Positions 1-13,524 of a stretch of DNA of 64,000 nt are shown one piece after another (position 1 is the stretch's first letter; every line of letters starts with the position of its first letter). The notes beneath the pieces were generated by a model. The model did no database searches. It had not been told where the DNA came from and saw only the letters and a list, made by a program, of their open reading frames with translations. This stretch comes from Octopus vulgaris (Eukaryota). The position numbers and the translations under genes are program-made. The stretch lies in the NCBI GenBank assembly GCA_951406725.2, contig OX597816.1, positions 168,268,001 through 168,332,000 on the forward strand, written 5' to 3'.

Positions 1-118
1 TCGGGGTCGATAAATTAAGTACTAGTTACGCACTAGGGTCGATGTAATCGACTTAATACCTTTGTCTGTCCTTGTTTGTCCCCTCTGTGTTTAGCCCCTT
101 GTGGGTAGTAATGAAATA
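1..118 (+). mobile_element. SINE 3' part (family B, Deu/Nin-like central domain)
   Basis: Same sequence as the 3' half of the copies at 44615 and 59081 (tcggggtcgataaattaagtac...ccccttgtgggtagtaa). Confidence 0.8.
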
Positions 119-689
119 TCCTCTTTAATACTGTTGCTATGAAAAATACACCAAGTACACACTGTAAAGTGGTTGACAAATGAGAAGAGAAAGCATAGGG
201 TTGCGAGGACCCTTTAGTCCTGTCTTGCCAAGGACTTTTTTTCAATCTCTCTAGTCTTTGGGCCACAAGAAATTTCACCCAGTATAACCTGTAATTTACC
301 TGAAATTTACCCTATTTCAGATATCATTGTTTTAAAATTGAAACTTATCAAATTACGAAATTAATTTGGAATCCAATAGAGAAAGAACATTGATTGCTAA
401 ACACCAAAAATTATCCAGATATACTCTTATGAAATACATCTACCAACATTATAAAGTTACCAAGCCTACAGAAACAGCTATTAGACATTTAACACTATAG
501 CTTCTCCCTTATATTTTGTATCTTGATACTCTGTGAAAGTTCGCTCTGTTAATATAGAAATATCTAAATATTTATACATGACTGTTCATCATCTGAAAAT
601 TTTCAGTCTTTGCTTTCTCTCTATTTACATATATACATGTATGTAAATTTTGTATATCTAACCCAAGTAGTTTTATTTGTATATTTGAA

Positions 690-858
690 TAAGAAGGGGC
701 TGAGGACTGATCCTTGGTGGAGGTGGACCCCTACCCCTACTCGTCACCAGCCCTCACCTTACTGACAGCATCCCTGTACATGGCTTGTACAGCTCTCACT
801 AACCATTTATTTATCCCTAGTTTCTTCATTGACCACCAGATAAGGGATTGGGGGACCC
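690..858 (-). mobile_element. RTE-clade LINE reverse transcriptase fragment
   Basis: Translates VPQSLIWWSMKKLGINKWLVRAVQAMYRDAVSKVR, then HQGSVLSPFLF. Same family as 55270-56325. Confidence 0.75.
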
Positions 859-1199
859 ATGTGTGTGTGTGTGTGTGCGTGTACATACATGTATATATGT
901 ATGTATACATATATACATATGAGTCTAGGTAAGTGGCGCTGTGAGCTGATCTAGGTGTATACACACTATTTGTCAACAAGTGAGATAAATTCTCTATGAC
1001 AAAACACAGTGAGTAGCTTGTTCCCCAATTCAAATGTGCATCAAGCATATTCAGACTGATAGTAACATTACAATATATCTATTTATATATGTATATTTAT
1101 TTATATATGTATATGTATTTATTTACCCATGTATGTATATTGGATATATATATATGTGTGTGTGTATAAATATGCTTGCTTTCTTTTGTATGTATATAT

Positions 1200-1247
<48 letters not shown>

Positions 1248-2147
1248 TTGCTTGCTCTTGCTTCAATGGGGCTGGGTGTCATTTCAAGTTACTGGTCACT
1301 GAGGTATCATTGTGCATAAAGCCAACCAGGTCCACCGGTGCTCTTCATTGGTGGAGGTCCCATGCCAGCCCCTCTGCATCCTCCAAGATGACTCTGAGCT
1401 TCTGGAGATCTTTCTCAATCATGAACACCCATATGGCATAGAACCTGCTCTGGGGCCTCTTCCAGCCTGAAGTTGCTGTGTCAAATGAGATTAAGGTCCT
1501 AGTAGGATGATTTGGTCAGAGGCAAAGGATATGCCAATACCAGCACATGCAGTGGATAGCTACAAGGTGAGCGGCTGTCAGTTGGAAATGTGAGGATACC
1601 ATCTGAACCTCTTAACGGTTCCTAGGGCTTTGCAATCAAAGCTGTAGATCCTCATTTTCTTCTGTTTTGTTTTTTAATATTTCTTTTATTTTTTATTGCA
1701 AATCTTTTAAGTTCAAATTTCTTTGTATTAAGCTAAAACATTCTGTTTTGTTTTTGTATTATACTGACAGTGATACCTGCCGTTGATTGGGTAATTACTT
1801 TTACTGTTTCTTGGGAGCCACATTCAAAGTATTATATGTATATAATTTGCTCCTCCTGTATATGTGTATTTTTATAAGAGAAAAATATGTAATAATTGAA
1901 GTAGAAAAAAGTCCAATTTCATACATGAACTTGTGTTTGTTTATTATATGACAATAATAAGTTTTATGTGTTATTTTATTTATCAATACAGTAATGGTAA
2001 TTACATAATATTTTTATAAGAGAAAAACTTGGCAATTATATAATACAGTTTATTTAAATAGATAATTTATTCATTCTTGAATGTAATGATAGTAATGGTA
2101 AATTAATTTATTGAAGTATTCATGTTGTATTAAGAGTGAATATTTCT

Positions 2148-2930
2148 TTATAAACAATGTTTTTTTGTTTTATTTCGGAATGCACAAGCAAAAAGATTTG
2201 CTTTTGCTCTCACATGTGATGCTCCTACATGATGTTGGCCATGTGAAAAGCATGGTTCTTCAAGTTGCAATCCAGCAACTTTTAGTGTTTGGCCCTGACT
2301 TTTATTAATGCTCATGGCAAAAGATAGGAAACTGTAACTACTTAAATTAGAATTGGACATTAGTTGGTATAACAGGTATGCAAGGAATGAGGACAGTGTC
2401 ACCTTTACCACAACCAGTGAGAAAATTTACCTCAATGCAGTTCCTCATGAGTTAGTGCACAATTACTGTTGTACCATTGCATAATTTTGGTTGAGACAAA
2501 TTATGTAATTGCATAATAGGAGTCCATTTTTTCAGCTGAAGACAACGAGGACCTGTACCTGGTGCTTTTAGTGAGTTCAAAAATTCGATGAGCTTGTTAA
2601 CAATATCCTGATCATCAACAACCCTGTCAATTGAATTATAAGTGAATACTTCTCCTGGAAGCTTATTCAATAGCATATTATTAATGCTATGTACAGCAAC
2701 ATTTTTTGGAGTTAGGAAGCTTGCTCACAGATCCAATCTGTATTGTTGTAATTATGAAGAAGATTAGGAAAGATTTCATCCACCAAATCATCGACAGAAT
2801 CAGTTGAATTATATATTGGATTGAGTGTAAGAAACTGTTCCTCATCAATTGGAACTCAAACTCACCCATCACTGAATTTCAAATGCTGTTTTGCAAATAG
2901 TTCAGCTGGTTGACCCCTTATAATAATATA
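2148..2930 (-). mobile_element. Helitron RepHel PIF1-like helicase C-terminal relic (pseudogenised)
   Basis: Motifs EFLNSL...LQLKKWTPIMQLHNLSQPKLCNGT and FAMSINKSQGQTLKVAGLQLEEPCFSHGQ, broken by stops and frameshifts. Confidence 0.85.
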
Positions 2931-3774
2931 ATAATTGAAGTAGAGAAAATATCAATTTCATATATGAACTTGTGTTTGTTTATTATATGATAATAATAAA
3001 TGAGTTGTATGTGTTATTTTATTTATCAATACAGCAATGGCAATTATATAATACACATAATTTAAATAGGTAATTTGCCAAATTGAGTGTGATAAAAAAA
3101 ATTGTTTGGATGCTTTCATGTGTATTTCCCTTTCTTCATGCATGGTGATTGAGGGTTTTGAGCACCACAAGGCCCATGAACCATATGAGATACCACGATG
3201 TCACAAAGTGTCTGATCAATAGCAGGATCAGGAATTTCAGCCAAAATTATAGAATCAGTTTGATTTTAGTCTATTTTTGTGCAAAGTAAAATATAGGTAT
3301 GAGGTAATCCCCTTTTCTGTCATTCCAGTGAATACATGGAACAGCGAACTTCCCCAAAGATATATGACTTTGAAAAGAGGTGCATCATCTTTAATTGTAA
3401 GTGAAAAACCTGTCTATATGTGCTTGTTGATCTCCTATCATATCTCTCTCCAATCACCCATGCTTTTCACTTTGTAAATAGGCTGTTGAGCAAGCAGATG
3501 TAGGGTTAATTTAAAATGTACTGAAGGTATGGTTACCTCTTTACTGCTGGTATCATGAGTACTGCATCATGCATCCAGGACACACTGTAAAATGTTAAGT
3601 TTGTGAGACTCTTTAGACTTGCTGGGGACATGACATCTCTAGTGCTGGTGCAACAAAAGAGCAAAACAAAACACCCAGTTCACTCTGTAAAGTGGTTGAT
3701 GTTAGGAAGGGCATCAGCCATTGTAAGTGTGTGTGTATATGTACTTGTAGGATCTCTCTTTTATTTGTACAATC

Positions 3775-4097
3775 AGTAGACTGTAGCCATACTGAGGCAC
3801 CGCCATAAAGAATTTAAGTCAAACGAATCAACCCATGACTTATTATTATTTTGTAAACCCTAGTACTTATTCTATTGTTCTCTTTTGCTGGACTGCTAAG
3901 TTATGAGGATGTAAACACACTAACACTGGTTGTCAAGCAGTGGTGGGAGACAAACACATACACAAATCCATACACAAGGCTTTGGTCAGCCTGAGGCTGT
4001 AGCCGAAGATACTTGCTCAAGGTGCAGTGCAGTGAGATTGAACTCAGAACCATATGGTTAGGAAGCAAGCTTCTTACCATACAACCACATTTGCACC
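3775..4097 (-). mobile_element. tRNA-derived SINE family A (diverged copy)
   Basis: Reverse complement of the family at 7609 and 50110. Confidence 0.7.
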
Positions 4098-4603
4098 TAT
4101 AACTTATTAAAACTTATCCCATTCAAGCTAGCAGTTTATTTATTTATCTGTATTCATAGGAAAATGAAAGGAGTAACAAGTAAAGCTTTATATCTGAAAT
4201 AACAGCCAGTGTTATAAGTGACCCATGACATCAAGTACCAGGTCTCTGAAGAGTTTTCTTTCAGAAATTCATAGGAAAGAAAATGGAGGTGGGTAGGTTG
4301 AACTTAATTGTTTTGTTTAGAATTGCAATCTTGTGGCAAATGTCTTACAATAAGTATTTGCAGAACCTTTGACCATCTCTAAACTATAACATTCATTGCA
4401 GAGATGTTCATGTAATTATTGAACATTTTTTCATTTGTTGGCCTCCAAACATTTTGAAGATACCATATTGTTTTTGAAGGTACCATACTGTTTTTGTCAA
4501 TTGTCTTTCGATTAACAAAATAATATGGACTCAACTTTTAAATGTACTTTGTACTACTATTATTACAATCTATTCTTCTAAAAAAAAATATTTTTATATA
4601 TAA

Positions 4604-4994
4604 CTAGCAGTATCGCCCGGCATTGCTCAGGTTTGTTTCGACCCTTTAGAATTGGATTTTTTGAAAAGTAAAAATTTTGCATTATGTAGCTTGTTATTCT
4701 CTTTAAGTGAACATTTTTCTGGTTAAAATACACCAAAAAAATGGTGACAGAGTAGTCAGAAAATCGTAAAAAATAGGGATTTTCATAGAAAAAAAGCACA
4801 TTTTTTATGTAAATAATTTTTGGTCTTAACATGGTCCGATTTGAATTTTCTTTTCTACAGAATGAAGAGCAAGCCTTCTTCTATCATACTCTCAATTTTG
4901 GTCAACTTTCGCCACAGGGTCTCGGAGGAGATAGTGTTAGTTGAAGGCTACCAAACCTGCCACACACAGACAACTTCAGCTTTAAATATAAAGA
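4604..4994 (-). mobile_element. Non-autonomous Helitron
   Basis: On the minus strand: A|TC 5' end, subterminal GC-rich hairpin (cctgagcaatgccggg), CTAG|T 3' end, no TSD. Confidence 0.75.
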
Positions 4995-5455
4995 TTTTGT
5001 GAAAAAATATTGCTAATGAATTACATTTTCCATTGCAGCACATTTCTATTGGATTTCAGTGTTGTTCTTCAGCCCTAGGTCATCCCTGGTCGAGCACACC
5101 TATGGCAATATTTCACTATAATCATCCTATCTTTTATTTATGGTGTATTTAAGATGATAGGACATGTGAGATTGTGGCTTTTATTCCTGAACTAGGTGGT
5201 GTGTTGTATTCTTGAGCAAAACACTTGATTTCACATTATTCCATGATCAATTCAACATCTGATGTGTAGCATTCTGTTTAGCTGAATTGGCAATATTGAT
5301 TTAATGGAGAGCATGTGCTAATGTATAGCACAAACATTTATTTGATCACTATAAATAAATCCTCTGGACAGGTTGTTCCACAAGAAATGGCAGAACCCTC
5401 GTCTATCGTCTATGACAGGAGAGCCCAAGATTTAAGGTGACAATATATGACTTGG

Positions 5456-5758
5456 TGGAGGCGCAATGGCCCAGTGGTTAGGGCAGCGGTCATAGGATCA
5501 CGGTTTCAATTCCCAGACCGGACGTTGTGAGTGTTTATTGAGTGAAAACACCTAAAGCTCCATGAGGCTCTGGCAGGGGGTGGTGGCGAACCCTGCTGTA
5601 CTCTTTCACCACAACTTTCTCTCACTCTTTCCTCTGGTGGCCTGCTCGCTTAGCCAGTGGGGTGGTGTCATTTGAAGGCTAAAACAATGTGAAGTGCATT
5701 GTGACCAGTGATGTGTAGCAACATCTGATAGCCTGGTCAGTCACGGTGATCACGGTGA
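5456..5758 (+). mobile_element. tRNA-derived SINE (family C variant)
   Basis: A/B-box head ggcccagtggttagggcagcgg...ggtttcaattccc, (cacggtgat)2 tail, flanking ATATATGA(C/T)TTG duplication. Confidence 0.75.
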
Positions 5759-6268
5759 TATATGATTTGAGAGAAATTTTGACTGTTATTTCTAGCATCT
5801 CATGTGACTACATAAAGACTCAGTTATTTTCATTTTCTCTTTAGTTCACTACTATATGTCCCATCCTAAGTAAAAAGAATGTCGTTGTCAAAAATTTTTT
5901 TAAAAAACAATCAGGTTTTTGTAATAACTGACTTCAATAGTTTATGAGATACCAGAACAAAGATTGAAACAATCAATCAAACCAGAAAAGTAAACAGACA
6001 TTTAATTATTTGGTAATTGGATATGTTGAATGTAGGGAATGTTGATTGCTGTTCAGAATAATAATGACAAAAATATGAAGTAGAACTGTCTGTCTTTATA
6101 AAGAAAAGTGAAATCAAAGGGATTGAAGAGAGTAATCAAAAACAGATCAAATATTGGTTTCAAATTTTGGCACAAACCCAGTGCTTACTTACTTCAGGTC
6201 AAATATGATCAAGCAAATTTTGATAAAAAATATTCATGTTATATCCTTCTTGTCACTTATTTCAAACA

Positions 6269-6270
<2 letters not shown>

Positions 6271-6305
<35 letters not shown>

Positions 6306-6354
6306 TGTGTCTGTGTATTTGTGTGTGTGTGTGTCTGTGTGTGTGTGTCTGTGT

Positions 6355-6386
<32 letters not shown>

Positions 6387-6516
6387 CTGTGTGTGTGTCT
6401 GTGTGTATGTGTGTGTATGTGCGTGTCTGTGTGTGTCTGTGTGTGTGTGTCTGTGTGTGTGTCTGTGTGTATGTGTGTGTCTGTGTGTGTGTCTGTGTGT
6501 ATGTGTGTGTATGTGC
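6271..6516. repeat. Imperfect (GT)n microsatellite
   Basis: Read directly. It explains the VCVC ORFs. Other (GT)n tracts lie at 11856-11950 and 12155-12220. Confidence 0.95.
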
Positions 6517-6829
6517 GTATAGGGTTATATTATAATTTGAGGGAGATCTGCATGCTATTTTTGGCAGTTAAAGTGACCATATATAGGCTTCTCCATCTAC
6601 ATGTTTATTGTGTGATTTTCATTGGTGTGGAGGGTTGATAGGTGATGACATATACTTAGTAAGTAACAAACAATGGTGCTATCTAATCAACACTAATGAA
6701 TGAATCAACCATCCAAGGTTCATGGATTTACTTTAGAATTTATTCAAATAATAAGACTGAGTTAAACTCGGTGATACATTATGTTATATCTTCTACATAT
6801 TGGGACCTCTTATGGAAATGACAAGTGCA

Positions 6830-7315
6830 CCATCATCATCATCATCATCATCATCATTTAGTGTCCCCTTTCCATACTAGCATGGGTTGGATGGTTCAAC
6901 TGGGGTCTGCGAAGCCAGAAGGCTGCATCAGGCCCAGTCTGATCTGGCATTTTTTCTATGGCTGGATGCCCTTCCTAACGCCAACCACTCCGTGAGTGTA
7001 GTGGATGCTTTTTACGTGCCACCCGCACAGGTGCCAGATGGAGCTGGCAAACGGCCACGGACGGATGGTGCTTTTTACGTGCCACCGGCACGGGGGCCAG
7101 GCGAGGCTGGCAACGGCCACGATCGGATGGTGCTTTTTATGTGCCACCAGCACGGAGGCCAGTTGGCGTGGCGCTGGCAACGGCCACGATCGGATGGTTC
7201 GCTTACTTGTCACCGGCACTGGTATCACAGCTGCAATTTCCATTGATGTTGATCGACTTCGATTTTGGTTCTGCTTTCTGATATCTGATTTGATTTGGTT
7301 TGATTTTGATTTGTA
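6830..7315 (-). mobile_element. 5'-truncated RTE LINE 3' UTR with (GAT)n tail
   Basis: Reverse complement of 56430-56943. Confidence 0.85.
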
Positions 7316-7608
7316 ATAAATAATACTTGTAATAAATAAGAAAACCGTAAAGTCCCAAAGTTAGTTAACAATGAGATAAAATCAGTGAAGGGATATTGGG
7401 ATCTGGCACAGGATTATGAATTGAAACAGAAGAAAATATACAGATGAAAATAATGCAAGGGGCAGAACCATGTCTTAGAAATAAAATGAACAGATGAAAA
7501 TGAACATAGAATTATTCTGAAGCCTTCTTTCAATGGTTGACATATGAATATGATGAAAGGATTGATAATATTACAGGATGTGTGATTGAAAGATTATGCA
7601 AAAAATCA

Positions 7609-7768
7609 GCAGGAGTGGCTGTGTGGTAAGTAGCTTGCTTACCAACCACACAGTTCCGGGTTCAGTCCCACTGCATGGCACCTTGGGCAAGTGTCTTCTA
7701 CTATAGCCTCTGGCCGACCAAAGCCTTGTGAGTGGATTTGGTAGACAGAAACTGAAAGAAGCCTGTCG

Positions 7769-7801
<33 letters not shown>

Positions 7802-8065
7802 ATATATATGATGTATATATATATATGATGTATATATATGTGTGTGTGTGTGTTTGTGTGTCTGTGTTTGTTTCCTCAACATCGCTTGACAACCGATGCT
7901 GGTGTGTTTACGTCCCCATTACTTAGCGGTTCGGCAAAAGAGACCGATAGAATAAGTACTAGGCTTACAAAGAATAAGTCCTGGGGTCGATTTGCTCGAC
8001 TAAAAGGCGGTGCTCCAGCATGGCCGCAGTCAAATGACTGAAACAAGCAAAAGAGAAAGAGAGAG
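7609..8065 (+). mobile_element. tRNA-derived SINE family A
   Basis: Head gcaggagtggctgtgtggtaagtagcttgc...gggttcagtccc, CORE-like ccttgggcaagtgtctt, internal TA/TG tract, aaagag tail. Confidence 0.85.
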
Positions 8066-8736
8066 ACTTATGTAATTACAAATGTTCTAGCAGTTAAAGT
8101 GACCATATATAGTTTTCTCCATCAACATATTTATTTAGCATTAGAAAAGACATGATGGTACAAAATGCTTGACCAGGGTTTGAGAGGTACAGGTTGTGAT
8201 TCTCTGTAGTGTCTTGCTGGCCACTTTTTTAAATCCATTTTTTAAGGGTATTTAGCTGATCTTCTAAGTTGTTTCCACAGCTTTCAAGATTACTTCAGAT
8301 GAAAGAGCTCTATGAGAAGAATCTAATAGGGAAAAATCTTGCAAAAAATTATAAGCTATAAAAAATGTTGTGATAAAAAAAGGCAATCATTTTAAGAAAT
8401 CAAAATATTTTTCTCTTTTTAAGAGGAAAATACTATTTGAATCCCAATAAAAGAGTTCATCAAGATGAATATTTTAGAGACAATCCTGTCTAAAAGCATT
8501 AAAAATTTATGATTCTTTGTGATGTTATATTAGTTTTTATTATTCTGTTTACATATTAATTATTAATTATTTAATTAGAATATAACATTAATTAAAAATA
8601 AAAACTGTTTAAAGGTATATTTATTTGTAACAGATATGCTGCAGTTAATCCTTTGTTACTTTCAGGTGCTTTCAACAATATTTGTATTTAAAAAAATATT
8701 GAGAAGAGTATCATTTTTTTTCAATTATAACGGTAA

Positions 8737-9143
8737 CTCTCTTTACTCTCTTTTATTTGTTTCAGTCATTTGACTGCGGCCATGCTGGAGCACCGCCTTT
8801 AATTGAGCAACTCGACCCCGGGACTTATTCTTTGGAAGCTCAGTACTTATTCTATCGGTCTCTTTTGCCGAACCGCTAAGTGACGGGGACATAAACACAC
8901 CAGCATCGGTTGTCAAGCAATGCTAGGGGGACAAACACAGACACACAAACATACATGCACACATATATATATACATATATACGACGGGCTTCTTTCAGTT
9001 TCCATCTACCAAATCCACTCACAAGGCTTTGGTCAGCCCGAGGCTATAGTAGAAGACACTTGCCCAAGATGCCATGCAGTGGGACTGAACCCGAAACCAT
9101 GTGGTTGGTAAGCAAGCAACTTACCACACAGCCACTCCTGCGT
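8737..9143 (-). mobile_element. tRNA-derived SINE family A
   Basis: Full reverse-complement copy of the 7609 family. Confidence 0.85.
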
Positions 9144-10434
9144 CTATGTATAATTAATTATAATAATAGAATCATTGCCTGGACAAAAGTAGACTAGAAT
9201 GAAAAATGTGAGTGCAGAATCCTAGAATATACCTAAATTTTGAACTGGGAAAAGTACAGAACAAGCAATAGTTAAGCTTTGAAAAGTGCAGGACAAGAAG
9301 GAAAAAACATTAAAATTTTGCTACTAAAGTTAAACTTTAAAAACTAAAATAGTAATAAATGTCATTTTATATTTTTATTTTTACTTAAAAGTTTAATTTA
9401 AAATACTCAAGAAACTATTTATTTTCAATTTTAGTGAAAAGACTAATTGCTTGCAAGTTTACACATTAAAAAATTGATATCAGAAATTTATACATTTAAA
9501 AAATCACATTATCGCAATTTAAGTAAAATTGACAACTATAAACCCTAGGTTTTTAAAAAAAATAGTTAGGGAGTCATTTCTACATTTTGCACTCAATTTG
9601 ATCATTAGCCTTCATTTTTTAAAAATATTTTTCTAACTGTAAAAAGAAAATACCTTACAATGTACTTTAAAGAGAAATTAATTCTTTTGTTTTCTCCTAT
9701 TTTGTACTCTTGAATTACGTGTATTCGATATGTGATTAAAAATTTTTGGATGATAGTTTTGTTAAGAAAATAAAATGAAATTGAAAAATATAATTTATAT
9801 ATATATATAAAAGAGAGATTCTGTCTGTTTGTTTGTTTGTCCAGCAAAATGAAAGTACTTGGTTCAGGGGAAGCTAAGAATGACTAAATTACCTATCCAA
9901 ATGAACTGTATTATATAATTGCCATTACTGTATTGATAAATAAAATAACACATACAACTTATTTATTATTGCCATATAATCAACAAATAGAAGTTTGTGT
10001 ATGAAATCCATGCACCTCCTTTACAGCAAGACACCTGTTTCAGTTCCACCATAACCTTTCATCATTTGATATAAGATCACCTCCTCCAATGTCCACTCCC
10101 TTCTCAAAGGATTTCTGTCTTGCAAGTTACTTGGTGACCCCTGCCAGTGCTGATCCAGTCTACACTGTAAAGTGGTTGGCACTTGGAAGGGCATCCAGCT
10201 GTAAAAACCATGCCAAAGCTGACCTCACTTGTGCTTTTGCCACGTAAAAAGCACTTAGTCCACTCTGCTTGGTGTTTGATATTACAAAAGGCATCTAGCC
10301 CTAAAAACCCTGAAAAACAGACACAGAAATCTGGTACAGGCTCCTGCCAGGCCAGCTCTTACCAAACCATCAAACCCATGCCATCATGGAAGGTGGATGT
10401 TAGATGATTATGATGATGAGGTATGTGTGGCATG

Positions 10435-11158
10435 GGCAAGCTGGCAGAAACGTTAGCACACTGGGTGAAATGCTTGGCGGTATTTCGTCTGCCTCTACGT
10501 TCTGAGTTCAAATTCCGCCGAGGTCAACTTTGCCTTTCATCCTTTCAGGGTCGATTAAATAAGTACCAGTTATGCATTGGGGTCGATATAATCGACTTAA
10601 TCCGTTTGTCTGTCCTTGTTTGTGCCCTCTGTGTGTAGCCCCTTGTGGGTAGTAAAGAAATAGGTATTTCGTCTGCCGCTACATTCTGAGTTCAAATTTC
10701 GCCGAGGTCAACTTTGCCTTTCATCCTTTCAGAGTCGATTAAATAAGTACCAGTTACGCACTGGGGTCGATATAATCGACTTAATCCTGTTTGTCTGTCC
10801 TTGTTTGTCCTCTTTGTGTTTAGCCCCTTGTGGGTAGTAAAGAAATGGGTATTTCGTCTGCCGCTACGTTCTGAGTTCAAATTCCGCAGAGGTCAACTTT
10901 GCCTTTCATCCTTTCGGGGTCGATTAAATAAGTACCAGTTACGCACTGGGGTCGATATAATCGACTTAATCCGTTTGTCTGTCCTTGTTTGTCCTCTCTG
11001 TGTTTAGTTCAAATTCCGCAGAGGTCAACTTTGCTTACTTTCGGTCGATTAAATAGTACCAGTTACGCACTGGGGTCGATATAATCGACTTAATCCGTTT
11101 GTCTGTCCTTGTTTGTCCTCTCTGTGTTTAGCCCCTTGTGGGTAGTAAAGAAATAGGT
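10435..11158 (+). repeat. Tandem array of SINE family B bodies (about 185-bp unit, about 4 copies)
   Basis: One head followed by repeated ggtatttcgtctgcc...gtaaagaaat units. The last copy is partial and has indels. Confidence 0.85.
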
Positions 11159-11854
11159 ATGTATGGCATGGGGAATGAAAAGTACTGTACTAGTGAACTT
11201 CACAAAGGGGTGGTAGGAAAAGGGTAAGAGTTGGTGCATTGGCATCCGTAGTTACACAGAGCGGAAGCGATGTACAACAAACAGTAGAAATCCACTACCA
11301 TCCTTAGTTACATGAAAAACAAGGATAAAAAAAATTTAGCAAAGGAGGGGTGATTGAGAAATTAATTAAAGGGGCATTATCCCAGAGAGCAAGTGAGAAA
11401 ATGATATTAATGAATGGAATATGATTAACAGTGCTGTGGGTTATAAACAAATGTGTGAGTGATTCAAGGGACAAAATATAAATATAAAAACCAAAAAAGA
11501 CAATGGTGCTCACACACATGCGCACGTGCATACACAGATACATATATATGAGATAAATATTTGAAAATTCCTTTCAGCAATGAAGGAGAGGTGTTGGGCA
11601 AAATATGTAAGATATTGTATTAACTTACAAGGGTCTTTTTTTATTGATCCTATTATATTTCAGGTAATAACACATTTTTCTCATTCTGATTTTTCTCTCT
11701 TTTATTTGATAAGAGGATAGGATCATTAAACAACCAATGAAAGATGATAATATATATTTTCGTTTTGTTTATTGACTTCACCTTACATATTTTGCCAACT
11801 TTCTCAGCTGCAATGCTCAAAGGTTTTGCAAACATTTATCTCACACATGTTGCA

Positions 11855-11943
<89 letters not shown>

Positions 11944-12153
11944 TGTGTGCATGTAGCCCCTCATTGTCATACATGAACACATTAAGCTAGTAGTTTTGAT
12001 ATTTCTTGCCTATGCTTACCTTTAGACCAAAGCCTTGTGAGTGGATTTGATAGATGGAAACTGAAAGAAGCCCGTCGTATACATTTATACATAAGACTTA
12101 CCACGTTATCTGGTGTATAGCCGCTGTTCAAATAGCTACAAAACCTAAAATAA

Positions 12154-12222
<69 letters not shown>

Positions 12223-12469
12223 CGTGTGTTTGTGCATGTATGGGTGTGTTTACATGCATGCTTGTATGCATGTGTGTACCTGTGTATATACATATATGTC
12301 TGCCAATATAATCTGTGCATTCAACATTTATCTGAAATGATTTCTCATAACAATTACTGCAGCTTACAACATTTAAAGCAAAACAACCAAGTTAAGTTTG
12401 ATGTGTAAATTAATTTTTGTTATAAAGTCTGCCTCCTTTGCAAATATCTAATTTATACACACCTCACCA

Positions 12470-12850
12470 GTTTTTTGCAACATCCATTGACTGTTTAAGT
12501 AATTGTTGAAGATTTTCTACAACTTCACCAGCCCCAATTTCTTACCTCTTAATTCCCTCAATTTGTAATCCCATGGATAACTGTGTGAGGTGCAGGTGAA
12601 AAAGACACAACTCGCTCTGCCTGCAAGACCAAGGCTGAACTGGGGGGGGGGGGCCTTGATCAAGGAAGTGTTTGAAGATCTTCCCAGAATCACTTTGAGG
12701 AGTGAATGTGTCTGATTGCAGAGCTGTCTTGAGGCCATGGTGGAAGTTGAGGATGGTTACTTTGAGCAAACTGTTATTTCCCAGCCATAAATTAGTTGAT
12801 ATTTTTTGACTTTTTAAAAAAGTTTAGTTTTGAATGGCATACTGTGGTTT
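12470..12850 (+). mobile_element. Tc1/mariner transposase C-terminal relic
   Basis: Degenerate PxNSxxCNPMD motif near 12545-12580, followed by a TIR-like end. Confidence 0.4.
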
Positions 12851-13453
12851 CTTTTCCTTCTATGCAAACTGTTAAATTTACCATGGAAACCTTGTGTGTA
12901 TGTGAGTGTGTGTGTATGTGTGTGTGTGTATTTAAGTGAGTTTGTAGTCATCAGTTAAGGTGAGACAGTGTCACGTGACAACTTGCTGGGACTGCCTGCT
13001 GGAGCCTATGCGGCAGGTATTTAAAGGGAAAAATTTGACAAGACAGTCAGTCACCGGCTGACACTCACTGACGATACATCGAAGAGGCCAAGGAACAGAA
13101 GAAAGAAGACATGCACCCAACACCAGAGCTGAAGACACCTCCGAAAGGGGGGCCCCGCCACGTCAAAACGGTAGAGGAGTAGGGGCCAAAACCGGACGTG
13201 GTTCCTCCTGATGATGTCTTGAGCTAACTGAATCCTATAAAGGATCTGTTGTGGTAGCAGACCACGAAACACGATTGTAATTCCTCCATCCAAGCGGATA
13301 CCGTGTTAGCTCTCTGTTTGGTTCCAGATGCCTGATAGCCACAATGGTCAGTATCCAATGTCAGTGTCTACAATGAATTGTTAGTCACTGTTAAATTCTC
13401 CCATTGGGTAATTCCGAGTGTCCTACTCAGGACTGTAAAGGTTCCTTAGAGTG

Positions 13454-13524
<71 letters not shown>

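Noticed and set aside
6108-6638. Cys/Val-, Tyr/Ile- and His/Thr-rich ORFs throughout the track
   Set aside because: They are translations of (GT)n, (TA)n and (CA)n microsatellites.
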